A DNA stretch of 64,000 nucleotides from Acidobacteriota bacterium (lineage in GTDB: Bacteria > Acidobacteriota > UBA6911 > JACQSX01). A program made the translations under genes and the position numbers. A model generated the notes under the pieces. It worked only from the letters and a program-made list of their open reading frames with translations, was not told where the DNA came from and did not search any database. Within the stretch, counting starts at the first letter, position 1, and every line of letters begins with the position of its first letter. Below, piece after piece: positions 28,768-39,229 of this stretch. The DNA lies in contig DASXQR010000010.1 in NCBI GenBank assembly GCA_036507075.1, positions 31,628-95,627 of the forward strand, in the 5' to 3' direction.

Positions 28768-29490
28768 TCATTGTGAGTCGCCGGCCAGCGCGAGCACTTC
28801 ATTGCGAAGTTCCGCGCAAATGTGACGTGCCGAATCGATTCCGCCCTCGCGGTCGGAGTAAGTGCGCGGCTCTCCGATTGTCAACCGGATTTGACCCGGC
28901 CTTGGAAACCATCGGTGCCTCGACCATGATTCGTAGGCGCCTGCCAGGTAACAAGGGACTACCGGGTACCGCGTTCCTGCCAGCAGCAGCCCTACACCCG
29001 ACTTGAATTCAGCGATTTCTCCCGCCGCCGATCGCGTCCCTTCAGGAAAGAAGATCAGGACGTTACCGGGGGCCGCGAGCAACTGCCGGCAAAGATTCAG
29101 GCTCTCGCAGGCGCGCGCCTGCCGGTCGAACGGCAGGGCGTTTACCGCAACCACAGCGGCGATCAGGCGCGAACTTCTAACAAAGAAGTAGTCCTGCGCA
29201 GCGGCCGGAAAAGCGTGGTGCACTCTTCTTAACTGCAGCGCCGCCAGCAGGCAGAGCGCATCAAGATGGCTCGAGTGATTGGCGACCATCACGAACGATT
29301 CGCTTTTTGGAAGTTTTCCTTGACCCGTAATCGACAGACGATGGTACGTGCGAAGCCACAAACGCATCAGGAGTGCGGAGATCAGTCTTGCCCCATATAC
29401 CAGCATGTCCGGCTCGCGCGGAAAAATTCGGAGCCGCTCAAGCGGCGTCACATCCAAATCTCGCGCCGAATCATATTGCCATGCGCTCAT
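28768..29490 (-). CDS. Lysophospholipid acyltransferase (PlsC family)
   Basis: NHSSHLD, FPEGTRS, FKSG. Confidence 0.9.
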   Translation of the reverse strand: MSAWQYDSARDLDVTPLERLRIFPREPDMLVYGARLISALLMRLWLRTYHRLSITGQGKLPKSESFVMVANHSSHLDALCLLAALQLRRVHHAFPAAAQDYFFVRSSRLIAAVVAVNALPFDRQARACESLNLCRQLLAAPGNVLIFFPEGTRSAAGEIAEFKSGVGLLLAGTRYPVVPCYLAGAYESWSRHRWFPRPGQIRLTIGEPRTYSDREGGIDSARHICAELRNEVLALAGDSQ

Positions 29491-29588
29491 AATCAATCTC
29501 GCTCGCTTCCGCGAATAATCGCCCGGCCAAGAGCAGTCAAAGATTTATCCACAATGATGCGACCCATACCCACCGATCCACGACACTC

Positions 29589-30536
29589 TCAATAGAGATC
29601 ATGAAAATATCGGATCATATGGAGGAACAATGGCGCCGTATAAACGAGGCTGTCCACGCGATCCAGGATGCCTCCGTGTCCGGGAATGCAGGCGCCCATG
29701 TCTTTGATTCCCAGATCACGCTTAATCACACTCACAGCCAGGTCTCCCAACTGCCCTCCCACGCCGATGATCAAACCGGCCAGCAGGCAGTCGCGTGGTT
29801 GAAAATCAGGAAGCGTAAACCGCAGCAGCCACGGCAGGGTCATGGAGACCGCCAGCGCGGCCAGCGATCCTTCCCAGGTTTTGTTGGGACTGATGTTGCT
29901 CCTGAGCGGATGAACGCCAAAGAACTTCCCGCAGACGTACCCAGCCACGTCATTCAGCTCCACCGCGAACAGAACGAAGAGTAGATAGCTGTACGCGTGA
30001 ACGGCATTCGTTAGAAAAGCCAGGTGGCCGAACATCCAGCCGAAGTAAATGAATCCCACGATCGACAGAGCCAGCGACTGCAACTGTCCGCGCACCCGGT
30101 TCCGCGCGATGGGGATGATCAGAATTGCAGCAATCACATAAACAGGCAGCGCCATAAAGAGTCCGTACCAGCCGGGCACGTGTGCGTGGGGGTCAGAGAC
30201 AAATGAAATCACGCCGGCAGCGACGATTCCGAGGTAAACGACCGCGGTCATCAACCAGTCGCGGTAAAGCCCGGTAGCGCGGGCGAACTCTTTAAAGGCG
30301 ATCATCGCGACAATGGTAAAGAACAGGATGGACGTGCCCCGGCCCAATAAAATCGAGAAAACCAGCACGGGCATCATCATCAGCCAGCCGCGGTACGCCC
30401 TTAGAGCCTGGTCCACCTTTGCGCCGAATCCCCATTTCAACAGCGCAATCACTCCCCCGGCCAATACCAGAGCCTCCAACGTGATAACCAAATAAAATCT
30501 GAAGACGTCACTCTGCAGCGCTGCATGCACCGACAT
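29589..30536 (-). CDS. Phosphatidate cytidylyltransferase (YnbB/CdsA family)
   Basis: LNDV..Y..GK, SPNKTWEG, S.IKRD.GIKD.G..IPGHGGILDR.DS. Confidence 0.92.
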   Translation of the reverse strand: MSVHAALQSDVFRFYLVITLEALVLAGGVIALLKWGFGAKVDQALRAYRGWLMMMPVLVFSILLGRGTSILFFTIVAMIAFKEFARATGLYRDWLMTAVVYLGIVAAGVISFVSDPHAHVPGWYGLFMALPVYVIAAILIIPIARNRVRGQLQSLALSIVGFIYFGWMFGHLAFLTNAVHAYSYLLFVLFAVELNDVAGYVCGKFFGVHPLRSNISPNKTWEGSLAALAVSMTLPWLLRFTLPDFQPRDCLLAGLIIGVGGQLGDLAVSVIKRDLGIKDMGACIPGHGGILDRVDSLVYTAPLFLHMIRYFHDLY

Positions 30537-30539
30537 GAC

Positions 30540-31289
30540 TCATGCCTCCCGCCACGCAGCGGACGAAGCCGGCTTTTTCGGGCTTCCAGCCAGCACACGC
30601 CTGATTCGGATCAACCTGACGCCGATGGTTTCAACACACCCGAAAATAATGGAGAGATTCGTCCAGTCCAGGACCGACAGGCCTGCATAAATGATTTGCC
30701 CGCTTCCCCACCAGAGCAGCCCCAACGTGAGCCACCCCCCCAGATGCAGCGCAACAATTCGCCAAGGTTTGGACATAACACCGCTGAACTCACGCTGCGC
30801 GCCCACGGCCTGGCCGAGTGTTCCGACGTAGGCAACCAGCAGCGCGAAAATTGCGGACCAGTAACCGCCGAGCGGCCGGCAAAGACCGCTGTGCGCCACA
30901 CCTGCAAAAGTGATGACGTCAGAAAGGCGATCCGGCAATTCGTTGACAATTTCGCCGGCGGGGCTCCCCGTGCCGGAGGCCAGGGCCACCATCCCGTCGA
31001 GCATATTCAGCCAAAGCCGCAAGTAGCAAAACACAACCGCCGCGATCAGCAGTGAAGGCATGGCCTGTGACTGCCAGAAGCACACTCCGGCCGCCGACGC
31101 AGCCAGGATTGAGGTGTAAGAGATCAAGTCCGGATGGATGCCGACAGCCACACAGAAACGAACCGCGCCGCGCGCAGTGCGACGAACCAGGTCCGATATC
31201 GGCCGTCGAGAACGGGGCCGGTAAGATCCGGACTCCCAGTCCCCGGACTTCCGTGGCGGCGCGACTATCTTCACTGTTCCATAGCGCAT
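30540..31289 (-). CDS. CDP-alcohol phosphatidyltransferase (YnbA-like)
   Basis: RL..NMLDGMVA..G..S..G...NE.PDR.SD motif. Confidence 0.9.
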   Translation of the reverse strand: MRYGTVKIVAPPRKSGDWESGSYRPRSRRPISDLVRRTARGAVRFCVAVGIHPDLISYTSILAASAAGVCFWQSQAMPSLLIAAVVFCYLRLWLNMLDGMVALASGTGSPAGEIVNELPDRLSDVITFAGVAHSGLCRPLGGYWSAIFALLVAYVGTLGQAVGAQREFSGVMSKPWRIVALHLGGWLTLGLLWWGSGQIIYAGLSVLDWTNLSIIFGCVETIGVRLIRIRRVLAGSPKKPASSAAWREA

Positions 31290-31503
31290 GTTGAAACACC
31301 CCTGTCCTCCGAAGGCAAATCTGGGACCATTCGCCAACCGGCGACTGTCTTCTGGCAGCAGGCGAATCGAGACGGGCAAATGAGTTTCTAAAGCCTTGCA
31401 GCCGTGCCTATTCGAACTTTCTCTCCAACCTGAAGGGATACCGTCGGCGGGGGGACTGCTGGTTGTGACTCCCGCGGTCACAGATGTGAACTCAAATTCG
31501 GTC

Positions 31504-34500
31504 TCAACTGATGCTGCCGGTACTGAGCTCGATTGCCTGGCGCCGGACAGCAGAAAGATCCAACTTGCCGGTTCCCAATAACGGGATGTTTTCAATGCGA
31601 AAAAATGCGTTCGGGCGGGGTATCCAAAGGTTTGGAAGGCCTGACTTGTCCAGGTTGGCAAGAAGCCGCTCCAGCACCTGGTCGGGCAAGGTATGCAGAA
31701 CGACGAGCTTTTCTCCTTTGCGATCGTCTGGAACGCCCACCACAGCCAAAACCTGCTCGCCGATTCCCGTCAACTCCTGCAGCGCTTCCTCGATGCGTAA
31801 ATGCGGGACCATCTCACCTCCAATCTTGCTGAAGCGCGAAAGCCGGTCTGTAACGTGAATGAAGCCATCCTCGTCAACCATGGCGATGTCACCGGTTACG
31901 TACCATCCGTCGCGAATCACCTCGGCGGTTTTATCCGGCCTGTTCAGATAACCGATCATCACATTGCCCCCCTTGACCAGAAGCAAACCGGGCTGTCCGC
32001 TGAGAACCGGCTGCAGGGTCGCAGGATCGACAATTTGTACGCTCACGCCCGGAAGAGGTTGTCCGATGGTTCCGCTCCTGTGACCTGCCTGGTAAAAGCC
32101 GGCGCTTCGAAAATCGGGCACGTTTACCGAGACGACAGGCGAGCACTCCGTGCAGCCATAACCCTCCATGACGTGAATACCGAATCTCTCTTCAAACGAC
32201 CGGGCAACGGCGGCGCTCAACTTTTCGGCCCCCGCGATGACATATTGAAGACCCCCCAGCAACTCGGGCTCGCAGCGGCGGATCAGGCTCTGGAGCATTG
32301 TGGGCGTGGCAAGAAGCATGGTGGCGCGGCAACGCGCCGCCAGCACTCCCACAGCGCGTGAATCAAAAGGATTCGGATGGTAAATCGCAGCCATCCCGTT
32401 CAGCAGCGGAAACCATATGGTTGCGGTAAACCCGAACGAGTGGAAAAAGGGAAGAATCCCCATGATCCGATCGTGACGGGTCGGGGCAAAGACTTGCGCC
32501 AGCCCTTCCAGATTTGAGCGGATATTGCGATGCGAAAGCATCACTCCCTTGGGCTCGCCCGTACTCCCGCTGGAGAAAATGATGGTGGCCAGAGTGTCCA
32601 CACCCTTTGATTCAGCGGCGCTCAGACGGCGGGCAAGGAAACCAGCAGGCAGCAATATGGCGGAGAGCAGAGCGAACGCGAACCGGAAGACCGTCTTCTC
32701 GCCCGCCAGGTCTTCCATCAGGAGGGAGGACGCGGGAACAGCCAGCCGCACTTTTTCAAGGAACTGACGAGAGGTGATGATCGTTCGTATTTCGCATTGG
32801 CGGACGCACGAGTCAAAGATCGGCTGAGATACGGTGTAATTGAGATTTACCGGCACCTTGCCGCACAGCAGAGCGGCGATATTGGCGACGGCGCCCGCCA
32901 CGGAAGGCGGCAACAGCAACCCGATTTTTTCGTCCGCCGCAAACCGGCTCCGCAGCAGGCGCGCCAGAAAGACCGAACGCACCAGCAGCCCAAGGTAGCT
33001 CACGCGCGGGTTGAGTCCGTCGGCGACCGCCAGGCGGAAAGGATGGCGTCGTGCCTGTCGCGCAAAATCGACGTGAAGCGGTTTCAGATACTGTTGGCGA
33101 AGGCTGAATGCCTCGGCGGCAAGCCTCTGTACTTCCTGGCGTACTTCCGCCGCGCCGGAAGCTGCCCGCATGGGAGCTCCAAACGTGACAGTGACCGGAT
33201 ACGGAATGCGGCGGGGCCGCTTCCACAAGAACCGCCCCCGCTGAAAGCTGAAAATGCTGCCCCAGACGCCGTCCAGATGGACAGGGATAATCGGCGCATC
33301 GACACTTTTCATGATGCGCTCGAATCCTCGGCGAAACGGCAGGAGCTGGCCGGTGCGCGTGATTTGTCCTTCGGCAAAAATGCATACCACGCGGCCTTCC
33401 TGAATGGCGCGCGAAGCCTGACGCAACGATCGGATGACTTCGCGAGGGCCTCCGGTCGACGAAATCGGGATCGATTTCATCATGCGCGCAAATGGCCGAA
33501 TCAATTTCTGGTCATAAAAGCCCTTGAACATCACAAAACGGATGCGCCGGTCGGTGGAGGCGAGCAGCAGCAGCGCATCCACAAATGAGAGATGGTTGCA
33601 GACAAACAGCGCGCCGCCGCGCTCCGGAATGTTGTCGCGGCCGATCACCCGGATCCTGTAAACCGTGTGGACCAGTACCCACAAACAAAACCGCAGCAGC
33701 GCTTCGGGCAAAAGCACGCAAAGATACGCGGTGACGGCAGCCGTGATGCAGCCGGTAAGGAGAAAAATCTGGGAGGGCGACCATCGCAGATGCACCGTCA
33801 CGATCCAGTAAACTCCGGCCGAGACGAGCATCCCCACAAAGGTCATCAGATTGGCGGCCGCGATCATGGCGCCCTTGCTTTCAGGCTGGGGCCGATGCTG
33901 AATCAGCGCGTTGACGGGAACGGCAAAAAAACCCGCCGAGAATCCAACCGCCGCCAGCAACACGCCGGTCTGAAGGAAGGTGGTGGCGTAAAACGCCAGC
34001 GCGGTCGCGAACAGCGCCAATCCCGCGGACCCGAGCGGCACCAGGCCATATTCAATTTTGCTGTGCGAAAGATAACCGGCGACGTAGCTTCCCAGCCCGA
34101 TGCCGACGGCCAGGATGGCCAGCAAATATCCGATGCGGGTTTCCGGAAGGTGAAGCTGGTCCTTTCCCAGCAGAATAATGTTCAACTGGAAAAGAAAACC
34201 CAGGAACCAGAAATAGATATTCCCCAGAATGGCCAGCCATAGGACGCGGTCCCGGCGCGCCAGCGACAAATTGCGCCAAACGTCTTTTAGAAAGTTCCAT
34301 TGGAACGCGGCCTTCGGGTTAGCCGCAGGAACAGCGGTAATCGCCAGGCTGGTTATAACTCCCGCCAAAGCTAGGATCGTGAGGGCGATTCCCGACAGGT
34401 AAAGCCTCGACCGCAGGTGTTCCACCGGGAATGCGCCTGCAACCGTGCCGAGTATGATCGCCACGAAGGTGGTCAGTTCCAAAACGCCGTTGCCCCAGGA

Positions 34501-34977
34501 GAGCTCCTTTTCAGGAAGGAGTTCCGGGAGGATCCCGTATTTGCTGGGGCTGAAAAAGGCGGCCTGCGCTCCGGTCAGGAACAACAACGCCATGGAAAAG
34601 TACAGGTTTCCGTACCAGAAAGCGATGGTTGCAAAGATCATGATGACCACCTCGACCAGCTTGGTCCAGATGGTCACAGAGCGTTTGCTGTATCGATCGG
34701 CCAGAAATCCGCCATACATGGAGAAAAACAGAAAAGGCAGAATAAACAGCGCTCCGATGGCGGAGACTCTTTGATTCCCCTGAATCTCGGACGAAGCGGT
34801 CAGCAGTGCCAGCAGCGTGATCACGTTCTTGTAGGCGTTATCGCTGAAAGCACCCTGAAACTGCGTCGCTATCAAAAACCAAAAGCCCCGCTTCGATTGA
34901 GCGGAAGGGATTTCAGACCGGCCCACAGAGTTAACGACCTGCTGATTTGGAGTCGGCGGAGTTGTATTGCTGTTCAT
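31504..34977 (-). CDS. aas: LplT-Aas fusion (MFS lysophospholipid transporter + acyltransferase + acyl-ACP synthetase)
   Basis: TQF.GAF.DN..K MFS start, NHLSFVD/FAEG, FSSGSTGEPKGV, GYG.TE, DRLSRFSKIGGEMV. Confidence 0.92.
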   Translation of the reverse strand: MNSNTTPPTPNQQVVNSVGRSEIPSAQSKRGFWFLIATQFQGAFSDNAYKNVITLLALLTASSEIQGNQRVSAIGALFILPFLFFSMYGGFLADRYSKRSVTIWTKLVEVVIMIFATIAFWYGNLYFSMALLFLTGAQAAFFSPSKYGILPELLPEKELSWGNGVLELTTFVAIILGTVAGAFPVEHLRSRLYLSGIALTILALAGVITSLAITAVPAANPKAAFQWNFLKDVWRNLSLARRDRVLWLAILGNIYFWFLGFLFQLNIILLGKDQLHLPETRIGYLLAILAVGIGLGSYVAGYLSHSKIEYGLVPLGSAGLALFATALAFYATTFLQTGVLLAAVGFSAGFFAVPVNALIQHRPQPESKGAMIAAANLMTFVGMLVSAGVYWIVTVHLRWSPSQIFLLTGCITAAVTAYLCVLLPEALLRFCLWVLVHTVYRIRVIGRDNIPERGGALFVCNHLSFVDALLLLASTDRRIRFVMFKGFYDQKLIRPFARMMKSIPISSTGGPREVIRSLRQASRAIQEGRVVCIFAEGQITRTGQLLPFRRGFERIMKSVDAPIIPVHLDGVWGSIFSFQRGRFLWKRPRRIPYPVTVTFGAPMRAASGAAEVRQEVQRLAAEAFSLRQQYLKPLHVDFARQARRHPFRLAVADGLNPRVSYLGLLVRSVFLARLLRSRFAADEKIGLLLPPSVAGAVANIAALLCGKVPVNLNYTVSQPIFDSCVRQCEIRTIITSRQFLEKVRLAVPASSLLMEDLAGEKTVFRFAFALLSAILLPAGFLARRLSAAESKGVDTLATIIFSSGSTGEPKGVMLSHRNIRSNLEGLAQVFAPTRHDRIMGILPFFHSFGFTATIWFPLLNGMAAIYHPNPFDSRAVGVLAARCRATMLLATPTMLQSLIRRCEPELLGGLQYVIAGAEKLSAAVARSFEERFGIHVMEGYGCTECSPVVSVNVPDFRSAGFYQAGHRSGTIGQPLPGVSVQIVDPATLQPVLSGQPGLLLVKGGNVMIGYLNRPDKTAEVIRDGWYVTGDIAMVDEDGFIHVTDRLSRFSKIGGEMVPHLRIEEALQELTGIGEQVLAVVGVPDDRKGEKLVVLHTLPDQVLERLLANLDKSGLPNLWIPRPNAFFRIENIPLLGTGKLDLSAVRRQAIELSTGSIS

Positions 34978-35084
34978 CGCACACGAAGCGGCCCAACTCG
35001 GCGAGCGAGGCTTGAGACAATATCGGAAATACAAGACGGCGAGTTGATCACGAATTTCACGAATGCGCGAATTTCGTGCTCAAC

Positions 35085-36626
35085 CTACGGTTCCGAGAAC
35101 GAATAACTGACGAACGCAAAGCGCCGGCTGTCCGGTGACCACGACGCCACGTTGATCGTCCCCTGCCCGCCGAAGAGCTTTCCCAACTCCAGGGTTTTTG
35201 CGCCGGCCGGCCTGTCCATCTTGTCCCCAGGCAACGGCATGATGCGCAGCAGCACGTTTTGATTGGCGGGATGGCCCTGCGTACCTTTGCGATAAGAGAG
35301 AAAGAGCAGCCATTTGCCGTCCGGCGAGGGGTGCGGGAACCAATCGACATAGTCGTCGCTGGTAACCTGCTCGGCTTTGCTGTCGCCCTCTCCCGCGCCC
35401 TGCGCCGGGATGCGCCAGATGTCTCCGCCTCCGGCCCGGTCCGAGTTGTAGTAAATCCATTTCCCATCCGGGGAAAAATCGGGGCCGTCTTCATGGGCCG
35501 GGTTGATAGTAAGCCGCTTCGCTGTGCCGCCTTCCAACGGGATACTGAAAATGTCGTAGCTCTCATGCTGCCTGGCTACGTATGCAAGCTCTCTGCCGTC
35601 GGGAGACCATCCATGGAAGTAGCTCGGTTTGTGCTCGGTAACCTGACGTGCCTGACCGCCCGAAACGGGTAAGACAAAAATAGGACCGCTGTTCACCGAC
35701 ACGGCCAGCAGTTTCCCGTCCGGAGAAATCCCGTGATCGTTGTTAATCGCCCCGATCGATCCCAGGGAAATGTTTTGTGGCTCACCTCCCGCAACGGGAA
35801 TGCGCCACAGTTTGCCTTCGGAGTTCACGAGCAGATACTCGCCGTCATGCGACCAATTCGGCGCTTCAAAGCGTCTCGCGGCCGAGAAGACCACTCGCTT
35901 ATCTTTCCCGTCGACGCTCATGATGGTGACATGACTGTTGAGAACAGAGGTCCCGGCCGGATTGGGCGCGAGCTTCACCTGATCCAGAGTTGAAGTGCTT
36001 AACACATCTTTCCGATGTGATGAAGCGACGAGACCGACCAAGATGCTGCGTCCCATAGTGATTGTGTCCGAACCTGTGAACTCCCAGCTCATCCCGTCCG
36101 TGGATTCGTAGCCGGTGAATTGATCTCCGCGCCGAACCAGTTTGACCCAGTAAGGCAACCTGCCTTTGTTGATGCGGGGATTATTCGGATAGGTGATATC
36201 TCCCGGAGCGAGGCGGCGCAGAAACTGCACGCCATCGGTTGGAGTAACGACAACAGTGGCGTGCCTGGCGCCAGGGGCGAGATCCTCGCGAAACATGACG
36301 CCCGCCTTGGCGTGATCATTCGTGTTTTCCACCTGTGTGATTCGAGCAATGATCTGGCCATCGCCGGTGAAGGGCTGGTGCACGAAATGAAAACCATCGC
36401 TGTTTCCCCAGATATCCAGCGTTCCCTGCAGCGTAAATCTTTCATCTGCGCAGGAGGCGCGCCCTGCTACTTGCACACTCCCGACGTCCTGGCTGGCCCA
36501 GGGCCGGGGAAGCGAACTCTCCGGGCGGACTCGCGCTTCAGGATGGGACAGGTGCAGCGAAACAATGAATATCAGGCAACCCGCGAAGATCCACGTTGTT
36601 CGAGGAATTGTCAGTCTGATTTTCAT
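35085..36626 (-). CDS. Secreted TolB-like beta-propeller with N-terminal lectin-like domain
   Basis: DIW...D.FHF, KAG.M.R; FEAPNWS, SYFHGWSP, WFPHPSP, GGQGTINV.SWSP. Confidence 0.85.
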   Translation of the reverse strand: MKIRLTIPRTTWIFAGCLIFIVSLHLSHPEARVRPESSLPRPWASQDVGSVQVAGRASCADERFTLQGTLDIWGNSDGFHFVHQPFTGDGQIIARITQVENTNDHAKAGVMFREDLAPGARHATVVVTPTDGVQFLRRLAPGDITYPNNPRINKGRLPYWVKLVRRGDQFTGYESTDGMSWEFTGSDTITMGRSILVGLVASSHRKDVLSTSTLDQVKLAPNPAGTSVLNSHVTIMSVDGKDKRVVFSAARRFEAPNWSHDGEYLLVNSEGKLWRIPVAGGEPQNISLGSIGAINNDHGISPDGKLLAVSVNSGPIFVLPVSGGQARQVTEHKPSYFHGWSPDGRELAYVARQHESYDIFSIPLEGGTAKRLTINPAHEDGPDFSPDGKWIYYNSDRAGGGDIWRIPAQGAGEGDSKAEQVTSDDYVDWFPHPSPDGKWLLFLSYRKGTQGHPANQNVLLRIMPLPGDKMDRPAGAKTLELGKLFGGQGTINVASWSPDSRRFAFVSYSFSEP

Positions 36627-36631
36627 GGTTA

Positions 36632-37717
36632 TCAGGTTCTCACACCCAAGCCAAGTATCTCTTTGCAGTACCGGATGCTCTTCTCCAGCTCTGATTTCTG
36701 GAATTCCCTTTCCGCCGACGCCCGATCCTGACCTGTGGGAATCGCAAAAGCAGTCATCGGCCTGCCTCTTTTGGCCAAAGCAAGGAATTTCGCGAAGTCA
36801 CTTGCCTTCGCTTTGGGGTAAGGCTTCCAGAATTCTGGTTTCAAATACGGAAAGCGTCTTTGAGATCCCGAAATGATTTCCAACACGAAGGCAACTCCCG
36901 GGCAAAGCTGCGCAAATCTGTCGACGTAGGCATGGAAATCCACCGAGCCTTCGCCGATTCCTGTCCACTGAACCGCAGCTCCTTCATCGGTTTCCCACAC
37001 CACAGAATTACGCAGGCCGGTGGTAACGGCATACGCGCCCAGAACCTCCAGGTTTGCCAGCGGATCCTCCAGCGTCCAGACCGCATTTCCGGAGTCCATC
37101 GTTGCGCCTACGTAATCTCGGCCTGCCTCTTCAATCAGGGTGACAAGTTCCCAGGCCTGCATATCTCCGGCATGATTTTCAACAGCGATCTTGATCCCTG
37201 CGTCGAGCGCCAGACTGCGCGCGCTCCGGCAAACCTTGACAGTGTTCTTAATGTGGGTTTCGATTCCTCCCTCTGACTTTCGGTCTTCACTGTTTCCCAG
37301 ATAACAACGTGCCACGGGCGAGCCGACCACTTTGGCCACGCGAATAGTCAGCGCCAGGTGCTCTTCGGCAGTGCCGAAACGATTGCTGAACGTCCTGGAA
37401 GAAGGACAGATGCTGCCGGTGCCGGCATGAATTTCAAGACCCAGATGGTCGGCCTTCGCTTTAACCTCTTTGAGGTAATTGTCTGAATGACTTTCGTACA
37501 CATCGAGGTCGGACAGAAGCAGAGTATCGACCTTTAACCCAGCAGCATAATCGAGCAATTGCGGAGCTTTCCATCCAAAGGCGCGAATGGAGAAATTGTC
37601 GAAGCCGAGCTTGATATTTCTGCGCGAGGATTGTGCCCGACTCGAAGTAGTGACAGCCAATGATGCACCGCCAACAACCGCCTTTTTCAGGAAATCACGA
37701 CGCGGTTGGGAATTCAT
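36632..37717 (-). CDS. Tat-exported sugar phosphate isomerase/epimerase (TIM barrel)
   Basis: RRDFLK signal, ENHAGD, DSGN. Confidence 0.85.
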   Translation of the reverse strand: MNSQPRRDFLKKAVVGGASLAVTTSSRAQSSRRNIKLGFDNFSIRAFGWKAPQLLDYAAGLKVDTLLLSDLDVYESHSDNYLKEVKAKADHLGLEIHAGTGSICPSSRTFSNRFGTAEEHLALTIRVAKVVGSPVARCYLGNSEDRKSEGGIETHIKNTVKVCRSARSLALDAGIKIAVENHAGDMQAWELVTLIEEAGRDYVGATMDSGNAVWTLEDPLANLEVLGAYAVTTGLRNSVVWETDEGAAVQWTGIGEGSVDFHAYVDRFAQLCPGVAFVLEIISGSQRRFPYLKPEFWKPYPKAKASDFAKFLALAKRGRPMTAFAIPTGQDRASAEREFQKSELEKSIRYCKEILGLGVRT

Positions 37718-37879
37718 CTGTTTCTATTCTTCTTCTTATGTCCGGAAAATTCCAGCGCATTCATTACTTCAAAGAGCAATCCAAGCTACAAATAAAATTA
37801 GGTTCGTAAAAACACCCTGGCAAGTACTCCGCTCGTAGATACCGGACATTATAAGCGGAAGTGGAAGAAAGGGGACAAT

Positions 37880-39130
37880 TTGAAGATCAAAGTCATTGTA
37901 CTCCTGCTATTTGCGATGATCATGCTCGCTATAGTAGGTGAGGCGCAGGTACCTAAACCAAAATTTAGACGCGTGGCTCAGCGAATGCCCGACAACTATA
38001 TTGTTGTCTTTAAGGACACTGTATCGACTGCTGATGTTCCCTCAATTGCCCGGCAGATCGCTAGCGCACACAATTCTGTGGCCCGCTTTATCTATCAATA
38101 CGCCCTTAAGGGTTTTGCAGTTCAGGTGTCTGAAGCTGACGCTATTGAGATCAGCAACGACTCTCGCGTTGAATGGGTAGAGGAAGATGCCGTCGGATCC
38201 ATTGTTGAGCAGTGGGGCCTGGATAGGATCGATCAGCGGTATCTACCATTGGACAATGTCTATTCCTTTTGGCAACTTGCGGCAAACGTAAACATTTATG
38301 TCCTAGATACCGGCATTCGGGCCACTCACTCAGAGTTTGGGGGACGAGTAGTTTCTGCTTTCGATGCTGTTCAAGCAAACTGCTATTGTGGTTTCACATG
38401 TGACAATGCATTCGCTGCTACCCGAGGGCATGGGACGGCTGTTGCTAGTGTTGCTTCAGGGGCAACATACGGCGTGATTAGAAACGCGACCCTTTATGAC
38501 GTCAGAGTGGTTAATTGTGACGGCGGTGTGGATTCTGCAAAACTCATCAGCGGAATCAATTGGGTTACTCAGAATTTCGTCGGTCCTGCGGTTGCGAATA
38601 TTAGTAGCGCTATCGCTGCGAATGACTCGGTCGATACCGCGGTGCGAAATTCGGCAGCGGCAGGGGTTCTCTATGTTGTTGGTGCGGGCAATGACAGTAC
38701 AGACGCAATAGGTTATTCCCCTGCCCGCATGGCCGACATTGAGGTTCTCACCGTTGGCGCAACCGACATTGTCGATCGACGCGGCCATGACTGGGATCCC
38801 CAGAATCCGATAAAAGGTTCGAATTGGGGCTCCGTAGTGGATATCTTTGCGCCAGGTACGAATATTAATGTCGCATGGTCAGATAGCGACTCTGATACGC
38901 GGACGGGTATAAATGGCACCTCCTTGGCAAGCCCGTACGTTGCAGGAGTTGCGGCGCATTACAAGCAGCAGCACCCCGGGGCGAGCCCGACTACGGTTGC
39001 TAATTGGATCATCGGTATCGCAACTTCAGGTGTTGTAACTGATCAGCGTCCAGACGGATGGATTCTCGGAATTGACCAAGTTCATCCGGGCACGCCCAAT
39101 CGGCTGCTGTTTCAACCGTTCTCGTTCTGA
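37880..39130 (+). CDS. Subtilisin-like S8 serine peptidase with I9 propeptide
   Basis: YIVVFK propeptide, WGLDRIDQR, DTGI (Asp), HGT (His), GTSLASP (Ser). Confidence 0.92.
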   Translation: MKIKVIVLLLFAMIMLAIVGEAQVPKPKFRRVAQRMPDNYIVVFKDTVSTADVPSIARQIASAHNSVARFIYQYALKGFAVQVSEADAIEISNDSRVEWVEEDAVGSIVEQWGLDRIDQRYLPLDNVYSFWQLAANVNIYVLDTGIRATHSEFGGRVVSAFDAVQANCYCGFTCDNAFAATRGHGTAVASVASGATYGVIRNATLYDVRVVNCDGGVDSAKLISGINWVTQNFVGPAVANISSAIAANDSVDTAVRNSAAAGVLYVVGAGNDSTDAIGYSPARMADIEVLTVGATDIVDRRGHDWDPQNPIKGSNWGSVVDIFAPGTNINVAWSDSDSDTRTGINGTSLASPYVAGVAAHYKQQHPGASPTTVANWIIGIATSGVVTDQRPDGWILGIDQVHPGTPNRLLFQPFSF

Positions 39131-39229
39131 GGAGCGAAGTGATCGAAGAAAAAAGGCACTTGGCGACTTTTTTCCTGCTCTCGCATCTTTTGTTTGCGAA
39201 TCGGCGAAAGCAAATGGTGGGGGGAGATC

